A stretch of DNA of 64,000 bases, from positions 37,944,001-38,008,000 of the forward strand of contig OX597832.1 of assembly GCA_951406725.2 (NCBI GenBank), given 5' to 3'. The translations under genes were made by a program, and so were the position numbers. The stretch comes from Octopus vulgaris (taxonomy: Eukaryota). The notes under the pieces were generated by a model. The model was given only the letters and a program-made list of their open reading frames with translations. It made no database searches and was not told the origin of the DNA. Numbering within the stretch: the stretch's first letter is position 1; each line of letters opens with the position of its first letter. This document shows positions 14,687 to 31,450 of this stretch, in pieces.

Positions 14687-15914
14687 GTACATATATATGT
14701 GTGTGTATGTATATAGAGAGAGACACGCATATACTCATATGCAAATAAAACGCGCGCTCACACACATCTACGTGTAGGCAGAGATGGAAATAGCTAAATA
14801 ATTACATACAACAAGCACATTGACACATTCATCCACAAATCCACACACACACATTTAACCACCTACGTACACACATCAACGCATACATACACCCAAGTAG
14901 AAATCCACACACACTTAGACACACAAACACTTAGCTTTATAAAGAAGTTTTACATCTACAGTAGCTACAACAAGAATGAGACGAAGATATAAATACAATG
15001 GCTTAAATAAATAAAAGACACATTTAAAGGCTGCAGTGTCCAGTTGAAGGGGTATACGGGGTATGTAAGTTGAAGCGTACCCCTAATCGGAAGTCTTTGT
15101 CAGCCGGGTGTAGACAGAGCCAGCTATTGTACGCAGCGATACGGTTTCTCAAATAATGTTATTTTCCAATGTCAGATGAAGAGCTGTTGTGTAGCTGAAT
15201 AGCCAGTCTCTAAAGCTTAAACTATCATATACACCTCTACACACACACACACACGTGCGTGCACACACAGACACACAAACACACATACACGCATATTTGT
15301 GCGTGTGTATGTTTGTATGCGAGGCAAACGTGTGCGTCTTGTGGGGACAAAAATAAAGGGAAGTCTTAAGATCCCAACAAAATTTAGGGTAGGAGAAAAA
15401 AGATGGTTAATTCACTGTTTAACAAAACATGTTGAATTTATTCTGCGTGAAATGTGTGTTGTCCTACATGGTAAGCAAGACACACGTACAGATGTACACA
15501 CAGACACAGACATACAGACTCACCCACACACACACACATATTTATTGGAAGCTGGTGTTTGCAGAGACGTTACTCCGAGTTCCACGTTTCCTATTTCTTA
15601 GACGTATCGTTTGACTAAATCAGAAATACGATAGACAGAGGTAATGATCTTGAGAACATTCGGCTTTCAATAAATTTCATATACTCCACTTTGGGTATTT
15701 TATTACTATTTTTCCTCCCCACACGAACACAAACTTTCACCATTCCATAAATATAATATCTTTATAAATTGTGCGTGTATTATATATATACATATATATA
15801 TATATTAAAATATATCTCTCACTTTATACCCTCGTTATTAACGTCCACTTCGCCTTACGATTTGTGTAAGTAAATACACACTCAATACATACTTACAAAT
15901 TACACACACACACA

Positions 15915-15983
<69 letters not shown>

Positions 15984-15986
15984 TAT

Positions 15987-16035
<49 letters not shown>

Positions 16036-16267
16036 CACATACATATATATATACACATATATATATATACACATACATATATATATATACACATACATAT
16101 ATATATATACACATACATATATATATATACACATATATATATATATACACACATATATATATATACACATACATATATATATACACATATATATATATAC
16201 ACATACATATATATATACACATATATATATATACACATATATATATATACACATACATATATATATA

Positions 16268-16313
<46 letters not shown>

Positions 16314-16446
16314 CACATACATATATATATATACACATATATATATACACACATACATATATATATATATATACACATACATATATATATATACACATAT
16401 ATACATATATATACACATATATATACATATACACATATATATACAT

Positions 16447-16504
<58 letters not shown>

Positions 16505-16681
16505 TGTGAGTGAGAGAAGGGAAGGAGAGAAAGGCTAGGCCACATGTTTAAAGCTAAATTTATTTCTGCATATAATCGCCTTTAGTCATACATAAATACA
16601 CTTATATTAATCACATGTGTATGTATATACGGAGTATACTTCTACGTCCATCTGTATGCTTCTATACCTTTCTGTATACAA

Positions 16682-16730
<49 letters not shown>

Positions 16731-18693
16731 TATATATATATATGTATATATATATATACACACATACGTGTATGTGTGTATAAATATGTACGTGTGTTTT
16801 ATGTCAAGACCAATTTGGAGAAGCAGTTGAATTTTCCCGATATATGGTTTCCCGATCTGCTAGAAATAGCAACGAAATCAACATAAAAAAAAAAAAAATC
16901 TCGCGCTATCCTTCAAAACGACATTAAAGAATGTAATCGCGAATTTCCTTACAACGTGATGGTCATTGATGGAATGTCTTTGACCAAGTGTTTTCAATTC
17001 ACTAGCGGACAATAACAGCTATAACAGCTCTGTTTTGATGTATTCTTTTTGTGTGTGTTTTGAATCATTTTTGGATTTTGTTTTAGTGAGTCAACCATGT
17101 AGGGAGCAATTCAAAGCAGCCCGGTTTCGATACTCGGTTGGTTCAGTTTCAATCTATTTGTAATTCTTGTCCGCGTTTCTAGATAATATCAAAGTGTATT
17201 ACACAACAGTGTCCATCTTGCTATCGACCAGTTGGTCCTCGACGAACCAACGAAGAAGTTACTTGTTTGGCCGTTGGAACTATAAGAAATAACAGCCAGA
17301 TGCAATTAAAATTATTGCGGTGCACTTTGGCGCGTTGGATAGTGTGATCTTGGTGGTCATAACTGGATTGTTTTTGATCATAGGTCTGCTCGGTGAGGGT
17401 GGACGCGGGGTTAAAAACCAACAGAAAATTCTATATTAGTGATAGATCACGTCTTTGTTACTTGACTCCAGGTTATAACCCCTAGTTATAGCACTGACAG
17501 TTAGTTTCTATCACCTGAAGGGGCGGCAATCAAGGCCTTTAGCAGTTGTTGAGATCAGAACGTGGGAATCGAAATTTTATCATTTAAACTGTTTTATTCG
17601 GCATTTCACGAATGCTGCCATCCATATAATTTTTATTTTAATAATAATAAACTTCAAATCCCATTCACGTGAACTTTCATGTCACTGGGCCGATTAACGC
17701 TGGTACCAGCTATGTACTAGGGTCAAAATAAATCTCTGTTTTCTCCACTAAAATTGAGGATGTGTGCCGGAAAACAACAATAAAAAATTCGTGATATAGA
17801 CACTCAACGCTTAATGTTTGTTGGAGTGAACACATGGTTAGTGTTACCCGATAACGTGTCTGGTTCTTTAATTTACTGATCATGGCAAAGAGAAAAGCAA
17901 TGTTGATTTTGGGGAGACTTGAACATAAAGAGGTGTAATAAAATAATGCCAGTCAACTTATCCGGTTCATTAATCTTACTGTCTTTAATAATAATGTTGC
18001 AATAATAATGCTTTCAATTATAATAATGATATCCTTTCAACTTTGAGTTTCAAGACCGCAAAATTGAAGAGAAGGGGTTAGTATATCAAATTGATTATAG
18101 TATTTTACTAATAGTTATTTCGTTGGATTTGAGCTCAGATTGGAAAGAGTTGGAACAATAAGGCAAGGCATTTGTCCAATGCTGTAACGATTCTAAAGAC
18201 AAATGTTTTGCCTTGCTAATCTTTTACATACTGATCTGTATATATTGTGTGACCGAAGCAATCCGAGATCTGCATTAATCTACAGAATTCCAGGATCATG
18301 AAACTAAATACCGGTTAAATTTTGGGGAATTGACTTAGTCAATTGCACCTCACACTCCTTTAACTCTCTGATTCTTGAATTTCAGTTAAAAATAATAATT
18401 TATTGATGGAGATAGTCAGAAAACTTATTTGAAGTTACGGCAAGTTAAAATGGCTGCGGTAAAAGTCACCGCCATTCACACATTACACCTTTCCCGGGTC
18501 AGACGATATGAATTACTGGCAATATGTTTTAGTAATTTCACTAAAGGGATTTTAATCATTTTGAGATGGGTCTGTAGCTTGGTGTAAGAAAAAGCTTATT
18601 TGATACTGCTCAAACAAAAAGTCGATAAACTATATATATACATATATATGTGTGTGTGTATACATATATATATACATATATATGTGTGTGTGT

Positions 18694-18733
<40 letters not shown>

Positions 18734-18734
18734 C

Positions 18735-18811
<77 letters not shown>

Positions 18812-18812
18812 C

Positions 18813-18843
<31 letters not shown>

Positions 18844-18956
18844 TATATACATATATATATATATACATATATACATATATACATATATATACATATATAT
18901 ATATATACATATATATATACATATATATATATATATATGTGTGTGTGTATACATAT

Positions 18957-18990
<34 letters not shown>

Positions 18991-19008
18991 ATATATACAT
19001 ATATATAC

Positions 19009-19039
<31 letters not shown>

Positions 19040-19792
19040 CATACATACACATATACATACATACACACACACATATATATATATATATGTGTGTGTGTAT
19101 ACATATATATACATATATATGTATATATATACATATATATGTGTGTGTACATATATATATATACACACAGCTACGTACATACATGCACTCGTTTTATACA
19201 TACATTCACATATGTATGTATATTTAGGTGTATGAATATTTGGGTGTATTAGTTAAAATATGCGTAAAATATCCGACTGAAGATCAGTTAAGTGAAACTC
19301 CGAGTAACAACAGTTTGTGAAATATTTCAACTTCAATTAAATGCTATATTTTACCATTCTACTTTATATTCGGTATTCGAGTACCGATTTCTCTACCTAA
19401 TGTGTGTAAAACCTCATAAATATAAATGAATATATATATGTGCCAGTTTCTATAAGTGTACAGTAGTTTATGTGTACAATATAATACAAACACGCGCGAG
19501 CGCACGTCTATACATTTGTAAACTATATATTTATTAGCTATTATATATATATGCATGTATGTATATAATTTTTACTTGTATAATGTAACACTTATTATGC
19601 GACTTTTAATATACAATACGCGGTGTGTTAAGTCGGTAGGACGTCGTATGAGGGAGATTTAGGGACCTATTACTAGCAGACTAAAAGAGGGTTTCTGAAA
19701 GTGTGTTTGCTTGCATGATGATCCTGTACACGCATTTATACACACACACGTATATACTAAGGTGGTAAAGAGTATACGCATCTCATACATAC

Positions 19793-19841
<49 letters not shown>

Positions 19842-20884
19842 TATGCTCACACACACATATATATATATGTATGTATATATATATTAGCATACACACACAT
19901 AAATATATATATAATATCCCTTACATAATTGTTAGATTGACAGGTAAATTACCCACGGTGAAATATATTTAAATACCGGTTGTGTGTATAAGTTGAGAAG
20001 CTATTTAGAGGGAAGCATGGAAAATATATTAAAAATACGTAACAATAAACCCCGGCGATATATACCTATCAATAAGTAGAAGCCATTACTGGAGCCTCGT
20101 TGTGAGTTCTCTGAATGCAAGAAATAGCAGTTAAATTTCTCTTGACTCTTTTATTACTACTTTTCTTTTCCTTTATTTCAATTAATGTTTCGAAATAATG
20201 AAAGAAATTAGGAAAATAACTTATTAAAATTCGGCTTGGACATAAATTACCATGAAAGTTTTAAAGGTTTTTATTTTCTTTCCGTTTTTTACCTAGGTAC
20301 CTCTAAAACTGGGAGAGTGTATCATGGAACCAGGAATAGCTTCAGGCGGGTTCGTATCAAAATGGTTAGACTACACCATACTGTTAATCGTAGAGTGCTT
20401 ATAACAAGATGGTCATGGCCGGAAAGATATTGATCATTACTCTAAAGTGTCCCGATTGATATTCGACCAATGGAGATCAGCAGCATAAACACACGAGAAA
20501 TATAACCAGAGTGCATAAAGATATGAACGATAGGAGGTGGGCGGCTGGTTGCAAATCTATACACCTTTGTGGCATCTATTGCTGTTCGAAGTGAGTTCAA
20601 ATCCCGCTAGAGTTGGTCTGGTATTTAAATAATCCAGGTCATAAATAACTATTAGCTGCAGACTTGTTGTATTCGAATTCATTTGTTTACATCGAAAACA
20701 TGGCCCCCAATGCGTGGCCGGATGCCAAAGTGGAAAGTCATAAATATGCCAACGAAAATTAGTGTGTATAAACATATTTAATAAGTACTATATTTATGCG
20801 CCTATGTTTGTGCATATGTATATGTGTCTCATTTATACATACATACATACATACATCTATCTATGTAGAAATGTGTTGCCTGCC

Positions 20885-20922
<38 letters not shown>

Positions 20923-21129
20923 TCATATATATATATATATAGTTAATCCAATATATATGCATATATATATATAATTATATATATATATATATATATACAT
21001 ACATACATATATAATTATATATATATATATATATACATACATACACACATAATTATATATATATATATATACATACATACATACACACATAGTTAATCTA
21101 ATATATATGCATAAATATATACATATATA

Positions 21130-21164
<35 letters not shown>

Positions 21165-21538
21165 GTACAGTATCTATTTATCTATCTATATATGTGTGTG
21201 TGTGTAGGCAGCTGTGTGTGTGTGTGTTTAGACAACTGTGTCTGTGTGTGTTTGTATCTATGTGTGTGTATCAAATATACTATGTACAAGCAAAATGTCA
21301 CTACTCGTTAGTCTGTAGGTTTAAGTGGAACACTAATACAATAATGGGTTGGAAGAGTGGAATGGTTTTATACGAAGCTTAATCTTATTTCTAGTTTCTC
21401 GTTATCGCTCTCAACATACTCCTATAAAACTGGCAACGCAAAACTCGGAGTAGCCCAAGAGACATATGAGAAATTAACAACTCAATATAGGCATCACAGA
21501 TATAGAAACATACTTACACACATTTATATATAAGTGTA

Positions 21539-21603
<65 letters not shown>

Positions 21604-21727
21604 TATTTTGTTCTACTTTATTATGTTTGTCCTTACAGTTTCTTATGTGGTTTTTTAATAAAGTATGTGATTGGGTATTATCTGGTAATCGATATTTGAT
21701 TTAGATGTATTTCTCCATTTTCTTGTT

Positions 21728-21786
<59 letters not shown>

Positions 21787-21894
21787 TGTGTGTGTGTGTG
21801 TAAGTATAGCTGGAGTTTAACTATACAAAGATACTGTTGTACTCTTGTATTTAACAGATATAGGTCTTAATCATTTATAATTTATCTTTTACAT

Positions 21895-22090
21895 ATATTA
21901 ATCATTGGACTGCGACCTTGCCAGGGCGCCGCATTGAAGGATGCTAGTAACACGAATTGGGCCCTGTACTTGTTTTCTATTTTTTAAAGTCTGGTTGTTG
22001 TTCTAGCTGTTGCCGATCCGCCAGGTTACGGGGACGTAAACACACCAACACCAATTATCAAGCGTGATGGAATAAAGACACACACATATT

Positions 22091-22135
<45 letters not shown>

Positions 22136-22285
22136 GGCGGGATCCTTTCTGTCTCCGTTTATTACATCAGCTCACAAGGTTTTGGGTGGCCAGAGGCTAT
22201 AGAAGATACTTGCCTATGGTTGCAACGCAGTGGGACTGAACCCGGAAACTTGTATTTGGGAACCACACATTGACATCTATGCCTA
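21895..22285 (-). mobile_element. SINE family B
   Basis: GTTACGGGGACGTAAACACACCAAC..GCAGTGGGACTGAACCCGGAA. Confidence 0.8.
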
Positions 22286-22366
22286 TATATTCAAACACTT
22301 TCTATTTGAAACTAAAACACTTCAACAAACATAGAACAGGTTGTTTTATATTAATAACGTATACAC

Positions 22367-22428
<62 letters not shown>

Positions 22429-22771
22429 TGAAATGTGGTTAAGGAACTTGCTCCGTGCCGACCAATGTCCTGTAACTGGACTTCGATGACGGGAACCGAG
22501 TGGACGCCATGTGTGTGTGTGTGTGTCCATCGGGATGTGTATGAACATGCTATTCAGGACGTTTGTATATGTCCTTATCGCCCACACTCCTTTCATCTGA
22601 GCGTGCTTCTCAATGTATGTATGTATGTATATATGCGAACTGTTTAATCATAGGTTTGTGTTCACAATACGGGCATACACACAACAACCAGACATATCTA
22701 CCCTACCCAGTAACACATGTATGTTAACATACATACATATATAGAGAGATAGATATATTCACACACACACG

Positions 22772-22827
<56 letters not shown>

Positions 22828-22894
22828 CCGAATTCTACTTGATGAAATTATTGATTACTTCTTAATTAATTAATATTACCCTTTGTTATTATTT

Positions 22895-22931
<37 letters not shown>

Positions 22932-22959
22932 CACGCATATATATATAAATAACACAAAC

Positions 22960-23172
22960 ACACCAAAATCCGCTGTCAACCGATGGTGTGTGTGTGGGGG
23001 GACACAAACACAAATATATACATACGACGGGCTTCTTTCAGTTTCCGTCAATCAAATGCACTCACAAGGCTCTGGTCGGTCCGAGTCTATAATAGAAGAC
23101 ACATGCCCAAGCTGTCGCGCAGTGGGACTGAACCCGGAAACGTGTAGTTGGCAAGCTAGCTTCTTACCACAC
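22960..23172 (-). mobile_element. SINE family B (5' half)
   Basis: ACGACGGGCTTCTTTCAGTTTCCGTC..GCAGTGGGACTGAACCCGGAA..TTACCACAC. Confidence 0.8.
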
Positions 23173-23431
23173 GAAAACGCTATATATATATATATATATA
23201 TATATGTAACAGTGACATATAAAGATATATTACAAAGTGCAAATATTTTCTAGAACGAAATTCAGTACGCTGAGTAAATGTGTATACAGTCTACTCCGAG
23301 TTTCAACCATAGCCGTGCCCTTCCCGACTGAGTACCTCGTGAACAACCCTCCGCTAAGAGTGAAACTCGAAGTAGATTGTCAAGTTTGTTATAAATATAT
23401 ATGTACATGTAACTACACATATACACATATA

Positions 23432-23489
<58 letters not shown>

Positions 23490-23829
23490 CGCAATTACAC
23501 GCATTTAAATACATAAACACACACACATACACACATGTATGTATGTGCAAGTATATATATGTATATATAAAACATGATATTAATGCGATTTCAACAGGAG
23601 AAATGAAAACGAAAAAGGCAAAAAAACAAGAACATAAAAAAGCGATTATATAAAAAATGAATAAATAAGAAACAAAATGAAATTTCGAGTGTATATTTAA
23701 CCTAGTTAACAGCAAACTCAGAGCTCTAAGTAAGGTTTATATAGATTGATTTAACAGTATATATATATATATATATATATGCACACGTGTATTTATATAT
23801 GCTTGTGGCTGAGTATGAGTATGTTTGCT

Positions 23830-23874
<45 letters not shown>

Positions 23875-24109
23875 TTGGAAACACATCTGTTTACTTATCT
23901 CTCTCTCTATGTATGTATGTATGTATATATGTAATGAGGATTTCAGAGAGATGTGAATACTTACCACGGATAGCGAAAGTACTCAATACACTACTTTAGT
24001 GAAGAATAGCATTTAAAGAAAGATGTATATACCTGTTTCTCGTGCACAAACTTATATATGCGTGAAGTAGGTGTATATGTATATACATACAAAACACACA
24101 CACACACAG

Positions 24110-24136
<27 letters not shown>

Positions 24137-24144
<8 letters not shown>

Positions 24145-24226
24145 GGGAAACCACTATGTGGATACCCTTATGCTAGAAATAGATTTCTAGTATAAGGGTG
24201 TTCACATAGTGGTTTCCCTCTAATAT
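24137..24226. repeat. Near-perfect palindrome, ~44-bp arms, 2-nt centre
   Basis: TAGAGGGAAACCACTATGTGGATACCCTTATGCTAGAAAT-AG-ATTTCTAGTATAAGGGTGTTCACATAGTGGTTTCCCTCTA, three mismatches. Confidence 0.92.
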
Positions 24227-24374
24227 GTATATAATACAACTTTACTGAACATTCAGTTTCTTTATATGCTAGACCACTGGTGTGAAATCGTTAATTAAAT
24301 TAATATCTAATTTCTCACCCTCATTTTAAATCTATATATATGTATGTATTTATTTGGAAGTGTATGTGTGTGTG

Positions 24375-24600
24375 TGTGTGTCTGTGTTTGACCCCCGTCC
24401 GCCACTTGACAACCGATGTTGACGTATTTGCGTCCACGTAACCAAGCGCGTCGGCAAAGAGAGCGATATAATAAGTACCACACTAGAAAAAAATATAAAA
24501 TGAAAAATAAAATAAAACAGCACTGGTGTTGTTTCACCAGACTAGAATTTCTTCAAGGGAGTGCCCCAGCATGTCCGCAGTCCGATGACAGAAAGAAATG
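24375..24600 (+). mobile_element. SINE family B (3' half)
   Basis: CTTGACAACCGATGTTG..ATAAGTACCA..GTGCCCCAGCATGTCCGCAGTC. Confidence 0.7.
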
Positions 24601-24613
24601 TAGCATATATATA

Positions 24614-24652
<39 letters not shown>

Positions 24653-24729
24653 TGCATATATACATACATATATATATATACATACACATATATATATATA
24701 TGTAAGTATATATATATATATATATGTAA

Positions 24730-24781
<52 letters not shown>

Positions 24782-25007
24782 GTATATATATACATATGTG
24801 TGTGTGTGTGTTTTGGCAGAACAAACGTGAAGTAGAGCGTAATGCCCGAATACATGTCCCTCTCTTATTGTTTATTCGGCAGAAAGATACAAAAGTGACT
24901 CAAGGGCCAAGAGATGTGTGAATGGGACCCATTGTGCGATACAAGAAACCCACGGACATTTTTATAGCCTTCTGCCGTCCTAAAAATAGAAATACATACA
25001 TACATAC

Positions 25008-25052
<45 letters not shown>

Positions 25053-25239
25053 GATGAAGGGTAGGAGAGGAAGAACATAACAAGCGGAAATCAAACTAAA
25101 AGAAACAGGGAAAAATAGAGGACAACATAGAAGCGAAACTGTAGAAAATGGTGTCGGATTAAAAATACTATTAATCTGTACTTATGGTGTCGCATACATT
25201 TTTTCCAACTCAAACATTAAACAGATACACACAAGCACA

Positions 25240-25275
<36 letters not shown>

Positions 25276-25392
25276 TCTATATATAGACACATAGAACAGA
25301 TATATATACACACACATGCGTATATATAGATGCATTGATCTATATATGCACACATGCATATATATAGATGCATTGATCTATATATGCACACA

Positions 25393-25434
<42 letters not shown>

Positions 25435-25554
25435 AATACATACATACACACACATATATATATAATTATGCACGCATCTAAATATGCACAGATTAAACGT
25501 ATGTACACACGCATGCATACATAAAGATGCACAGATCTATATATGCATACACGC

Positions 25555-25589
<35 letters not shown>

Positions 25590-25872
25590 TATATCTATAT
25601 TATATGCATACATCTATATATATGCATATACACACATATATATATACTCATGTATATGTGTGTGCATCCATGTGTATATATACATATATGTGTACATACA
25701 GCTATGAATACGTATATCAATGTATATACATACGTCTATATAAGTATACATCTACATATATATGTATACATCTACAAATACATATAAATATATATATATA
25801 TGCATACATCTATAAAAAAAATATATATATATATGCATACATCTATATGTACATATACGCACATATACTTTC

Positions 25873-25928
<56 letters not shown>

Positions 25929-26019
25929 ACACATCTATATATACCTATATATATGTGTGTATGAACAATTTACATATTTATATACTAAAGAGGTAACTTT
26001 TGACAGGACTCCTCACATG

Positions 26020-26083
<64 letters not shown>

Positions 26084-26128
26084 GTGTGTGTGTGTACATA
26101 CATCTACATATACCCATGCAACTATCTA

Positions 26129-26193
<65 letters not shown>

Positions 26194-26242
26194 GTGTGTG
26201 TGTGTACATACATCTACATATACCCATGCAACTATCTATCTA

Positions 26243-26288
<46 letters not shown>

Positions 26289-26319
26289 CAGACTCATAAG
26301 CTTACACCTATCGATACAT

Positions 26320-26352
<33 letters not shown>

Positions 26353-27193
26353 CAAACATATATATATATATAAACATATGTATGTATATATATAATACAT
26401 ATATACATATGTGTTTATACACACACACACACACAACACGTGTTCATGCGTCAATATTGCAATGACACTTGGTAATATTACAGAACAAGACCAATAGCAA
26501 CGAGATGAAGAGAAACAGGAAGCCTGTATGGTTAAGAAGTGGACGGTGTCTGGTATGAAATTGGCTGGATTCCATCAAGCCGTAACCATAATATCGAGAA
26601 TGGTTTAGCGCCTACATAGCAACGACTACATTGACACTTTTGATAGCGACTCAGATATTAAAACGAAGATATTAATACCATTCTCTATATCATGTCTCAA
26701 GTCATGTACATTAGCGAAATTCACCTCTGTGTGTGTGTGTGTGTGCGTGTGTGCACGTGCTTGCACACAAACATACACACACCACTATGCACGTGAAGAT
26801 GTTTTTCCATTGGTTATAAAGCCATATATATATATATATGGTAGGTATATACTTATACAGAATCACGCACACACATCTATATATGCACACATCTATTTAT
26901 GTATGTATATATATATATATATATATATAGTTATATGCAAAAGCGCATTGTGACCAGCAATGTGTAACAACATCTGACAGTCTGGTATATATATATATAT
27001 ATATACAAATATATTTATATGCACATCTACATTTATGTACACATATCTATATACACAAATATGTACACGCACATATATATATATATGTGTGTATAAATAT
27101 ATATGAGTATATATGTGTGTGTGTATATATATACACACATACACACATATACATATATATATATGTGTCTATATATATATATATATATTCATT

Positions 27194-27243
<50 letters not shown>

Positions 27244-27402
27244 ATAATTTTCGGCTACTTCTGACGCAGACCATGTTGAACATCACAGACTCGTGTGATA
27301 ATATATATTACATACACACAATCAACTGTATGTTCATATGCATATATATGCATATTCACAGTATGTGTGTATGTGTATGATAATTGAACATTTTTTCCCC
27401 TC

Positions 27403-27450
<48 letters not shown>

Positions 27451-27795
27451 ACACATAAACTTGATTCTTTATATAAATGCTTGTGTGTATGAATGTCAGT
27501 ATATACAACAATTGTATGATGAAATTCTGAAATTACACAGAAAAGCTTATACTGAATCTAGGTAGGGGACGAAATCTGGACAGTGAACGTGGATCCCAGA
27601 ACCAAGCGTAGCAAAAGAGTTTATGACTTATGAAACCATTCAAAGAAGCCAATTGAAAGCATTAGTTTATCTGTAGACGTGTAAGAACCTATCAGAATGT
27701 GGGCATCTCCGGACTTTGTGTGAACGCAAAACGTGACAAAACCACGGACAAAAATCAGCGCCCCGCCGACATGACGAATAGGTCACTAAGAGATG

Positions 27796-27854
<59 letters not shown>

Positions 27855-27915
27855 ATTTATATATATATGTATGTATGTGTGTGTATATGTATATATATGT
27901 GTGTGTATATATATA

Positions 27916-27947
<32 letters not shown>

Positions 27948-28027
27948 AATAATTTATATATATATATATGTATGTATGTGTGTGTATATGTATATATATA
28001 TGTGTATATATATATATATGTATGTGG

Positions 28028-28066
<39 letters not shown>

Positions 28067-28469
28067 AGTTCAGCAAAATTTAGATTCAGATGAATGTGGT
28101 ACTTAATTTAAAGGCATCAGAATTTCGTTCGGTTTTATCCATATAAATCAAATGGGGTGATTATAATCAAAATAAGCAACAAGGATATCCAAGATAGTGT
28201 AGTACAATTGTTTCATGCTACTTCGTTTTATGTACATACATAAAAAGAAAGTGAATATATGTAACTGTAATCTTTAAAAACGGAGCCACTATCAGATGAG
28301 CACTTAGTGATGAAACACATGGGTAGGAAAGAACTGCAAATTCAAACGTTCATTTACTCACCTCTGTATTGAAATCGTAACATCTCGATGCGACATCAAG
28401 CTCATAGACCAGATTCTAACAAGTAACGTTATGCAAATACCTTGTAACTCATACATTGATATATTTGCA

Positions 28470-28552
<83 letters not shown>

Positions 28553-28621
28553 CAGAGAAGGCAGATAAATGCGAAACAAGGTGGAAAAGTAGAGCTCGAA
28601 TGCGTGAGGTAGAGTAATATG

Positions 28622-28779
28622 CTTTATTAAAAAGCGGCAAAAAATCACGAAAACTGTTACTCAGAGTTTCACTTTCCCGTTCGTCGAATAGTTTTGTTTT
28701 AAAGAAAACTCTCCGACGAACGGGGACGCAAAACTCTGAGTAACAGTTTTTGTGATATCTTTGCTGTTTTTTAAATAAA
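28622..28779. repeat. Inverted repeat (~75-bp arms) made of two head-to-head hammerhead-bearing PLE termini
   Basis: Minus copy 28650-28695: AAAACTAT-TCGACGA-ACGGGAAAGT-GAAAC-TCTGA-GTA-ACAGTTTT. Plus copy 28705-28750: AAAACTCT-CCGACGA-ACGGGGACGC-AAAAC-TCTGA-GTA-ACAGTTTT. Confidence 0.75.
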
Positions 28780-28816
<37 letters not shown>

Positions 28817-29046
28817 ATATAATAAAAGCCACAAGTCTTGTGAAATGTAACGTCCCAGGGTTTCCTGACAGAAACATTAATTTAGTTCACCATTTTTCAA
28901 GCTGAGTACAAAACCGTTTCTTAGTTGATTTCTAAGCAGATGACGCTTGAATAAAGAATATATATATATATATAGGTTTATATATATATACATATATATA
29001 TTTATATATATACATGCATATATTTATATATGTATATACTTGTATA

Positions 29047-29142
<96 letters not shown>

Positions 29143-29329
29143 TACACACACAAAAACATGGTATATAAGATACATTATGAGCAACTCGCATTTAGAATCA
29201 TTAACCACCTATGTAAGTACGAATAACTGTCTGTATATGTGTGCACGTATATATATATACACGCATATATGTGTACATATATGTATACGTAATATGCTCA
29301 TACATCTGCATATATATGTATATGTATAT

Positions 29330-30118
<789 letters not shown>

Positions 30119-30638
30119 AGGGTTGTCACACGTCGTAGGGGCTACATTATTTAAACATTTAAAAATGAGGATATAACGAAATTGTATACTTATGTCTATG
30201 CCTGTGTGTGTGTGTGTGTATATATATATATACATACACACGCACACACACACACACACATACTCATATGTACGGAAGTATGAGGTTCTAATCTATATGT
30301 ATGTTAAAATTTCTTTAAAAATCTATGCATTTTATACATCATACACAAACGTCTAAGTGCGCGTTTATATTTCCATTAATATCAATCTAATATGTTTATA
30401 CGATATGTGTATGAGTCTCACACAACTTATTTATGAGAGGTAGTCTTTCAGTGTTCCTAGTGAAATAGTGTGTGTGTGTATTCACACACACGTGTGGGTA
30501 TGTGTACACGCAAGTGTGTGAATACTCGCTTTTATGTAGCTCAGTACACATGGATATGGTTATTCGCCATTATGGTCAGGAATATATATATATATGTTTG
30601 TATGTATATGTGTGTGTGTGTGTGTGTACATATACATT

Positions 30639-30672
<34 letters not shown>

Positions 30673-31414
30673 TGTATGTATATGCTTACCTCCACATACA
30701 CATACACCCATGTATAAATACAAAAATATATATATAATTTCATATATATATATGTGTGAATACACACATGTGTATATACCTATACACTCACTTACATCTT
30801 GCGCATGCATACATATATATATGTGTGTTTGTGAGTGTGTGTATATGTATATATGTGTACACACGCATACATATGGGCATGGGATTTATGTATCACGCAC
30901 GCATGAAATATATATACACACGAAAATGTATATAGGTGTATGTGCAAGTGTGTGTCTGTGAGCAATGGTGTGAATTTTGAGACAGAGACTTAATAAGAAT
31001 AATGTAACCATACACATACAACTCATTAGGAACGTACCTTATAAGCTAAGGGGATATTGATGGATATTTCCTCGAATGGAATTTGCTGAGAATTCTCCTA
31101 AACAGACTTCAAAATATGTAACACACATTTTAATCACAATTTCGGTTTTGAATTTGATGGAACTTGTGCAAAAATATTTAACACATATGTATGTGTACAC
31201 ACAAGCGCACACACACACACACACACACCAGTGTGCATATCCATGTACAAAGATTTATGAATGCATATACATCAATTCGCACTCACACATATATACATGT
31301 ATGTATATATATACATATATATATATATATGACATAAATACCCGTGTGTCTATATATATAATTATCTTCAGATATCTACGCATGTACAAATGCATGTATA
31401 TACACACACATAGG

Positions 31415-31450
<36 letters not shown>

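Noticed and set aside
14980-15200. KYNGLNK* plus CAGATGAAGAGC..AGCTGAA as another PLE end with hammerhead
   Set aside because: Too degenerate; the upstream frame does not support GIY-YIG.
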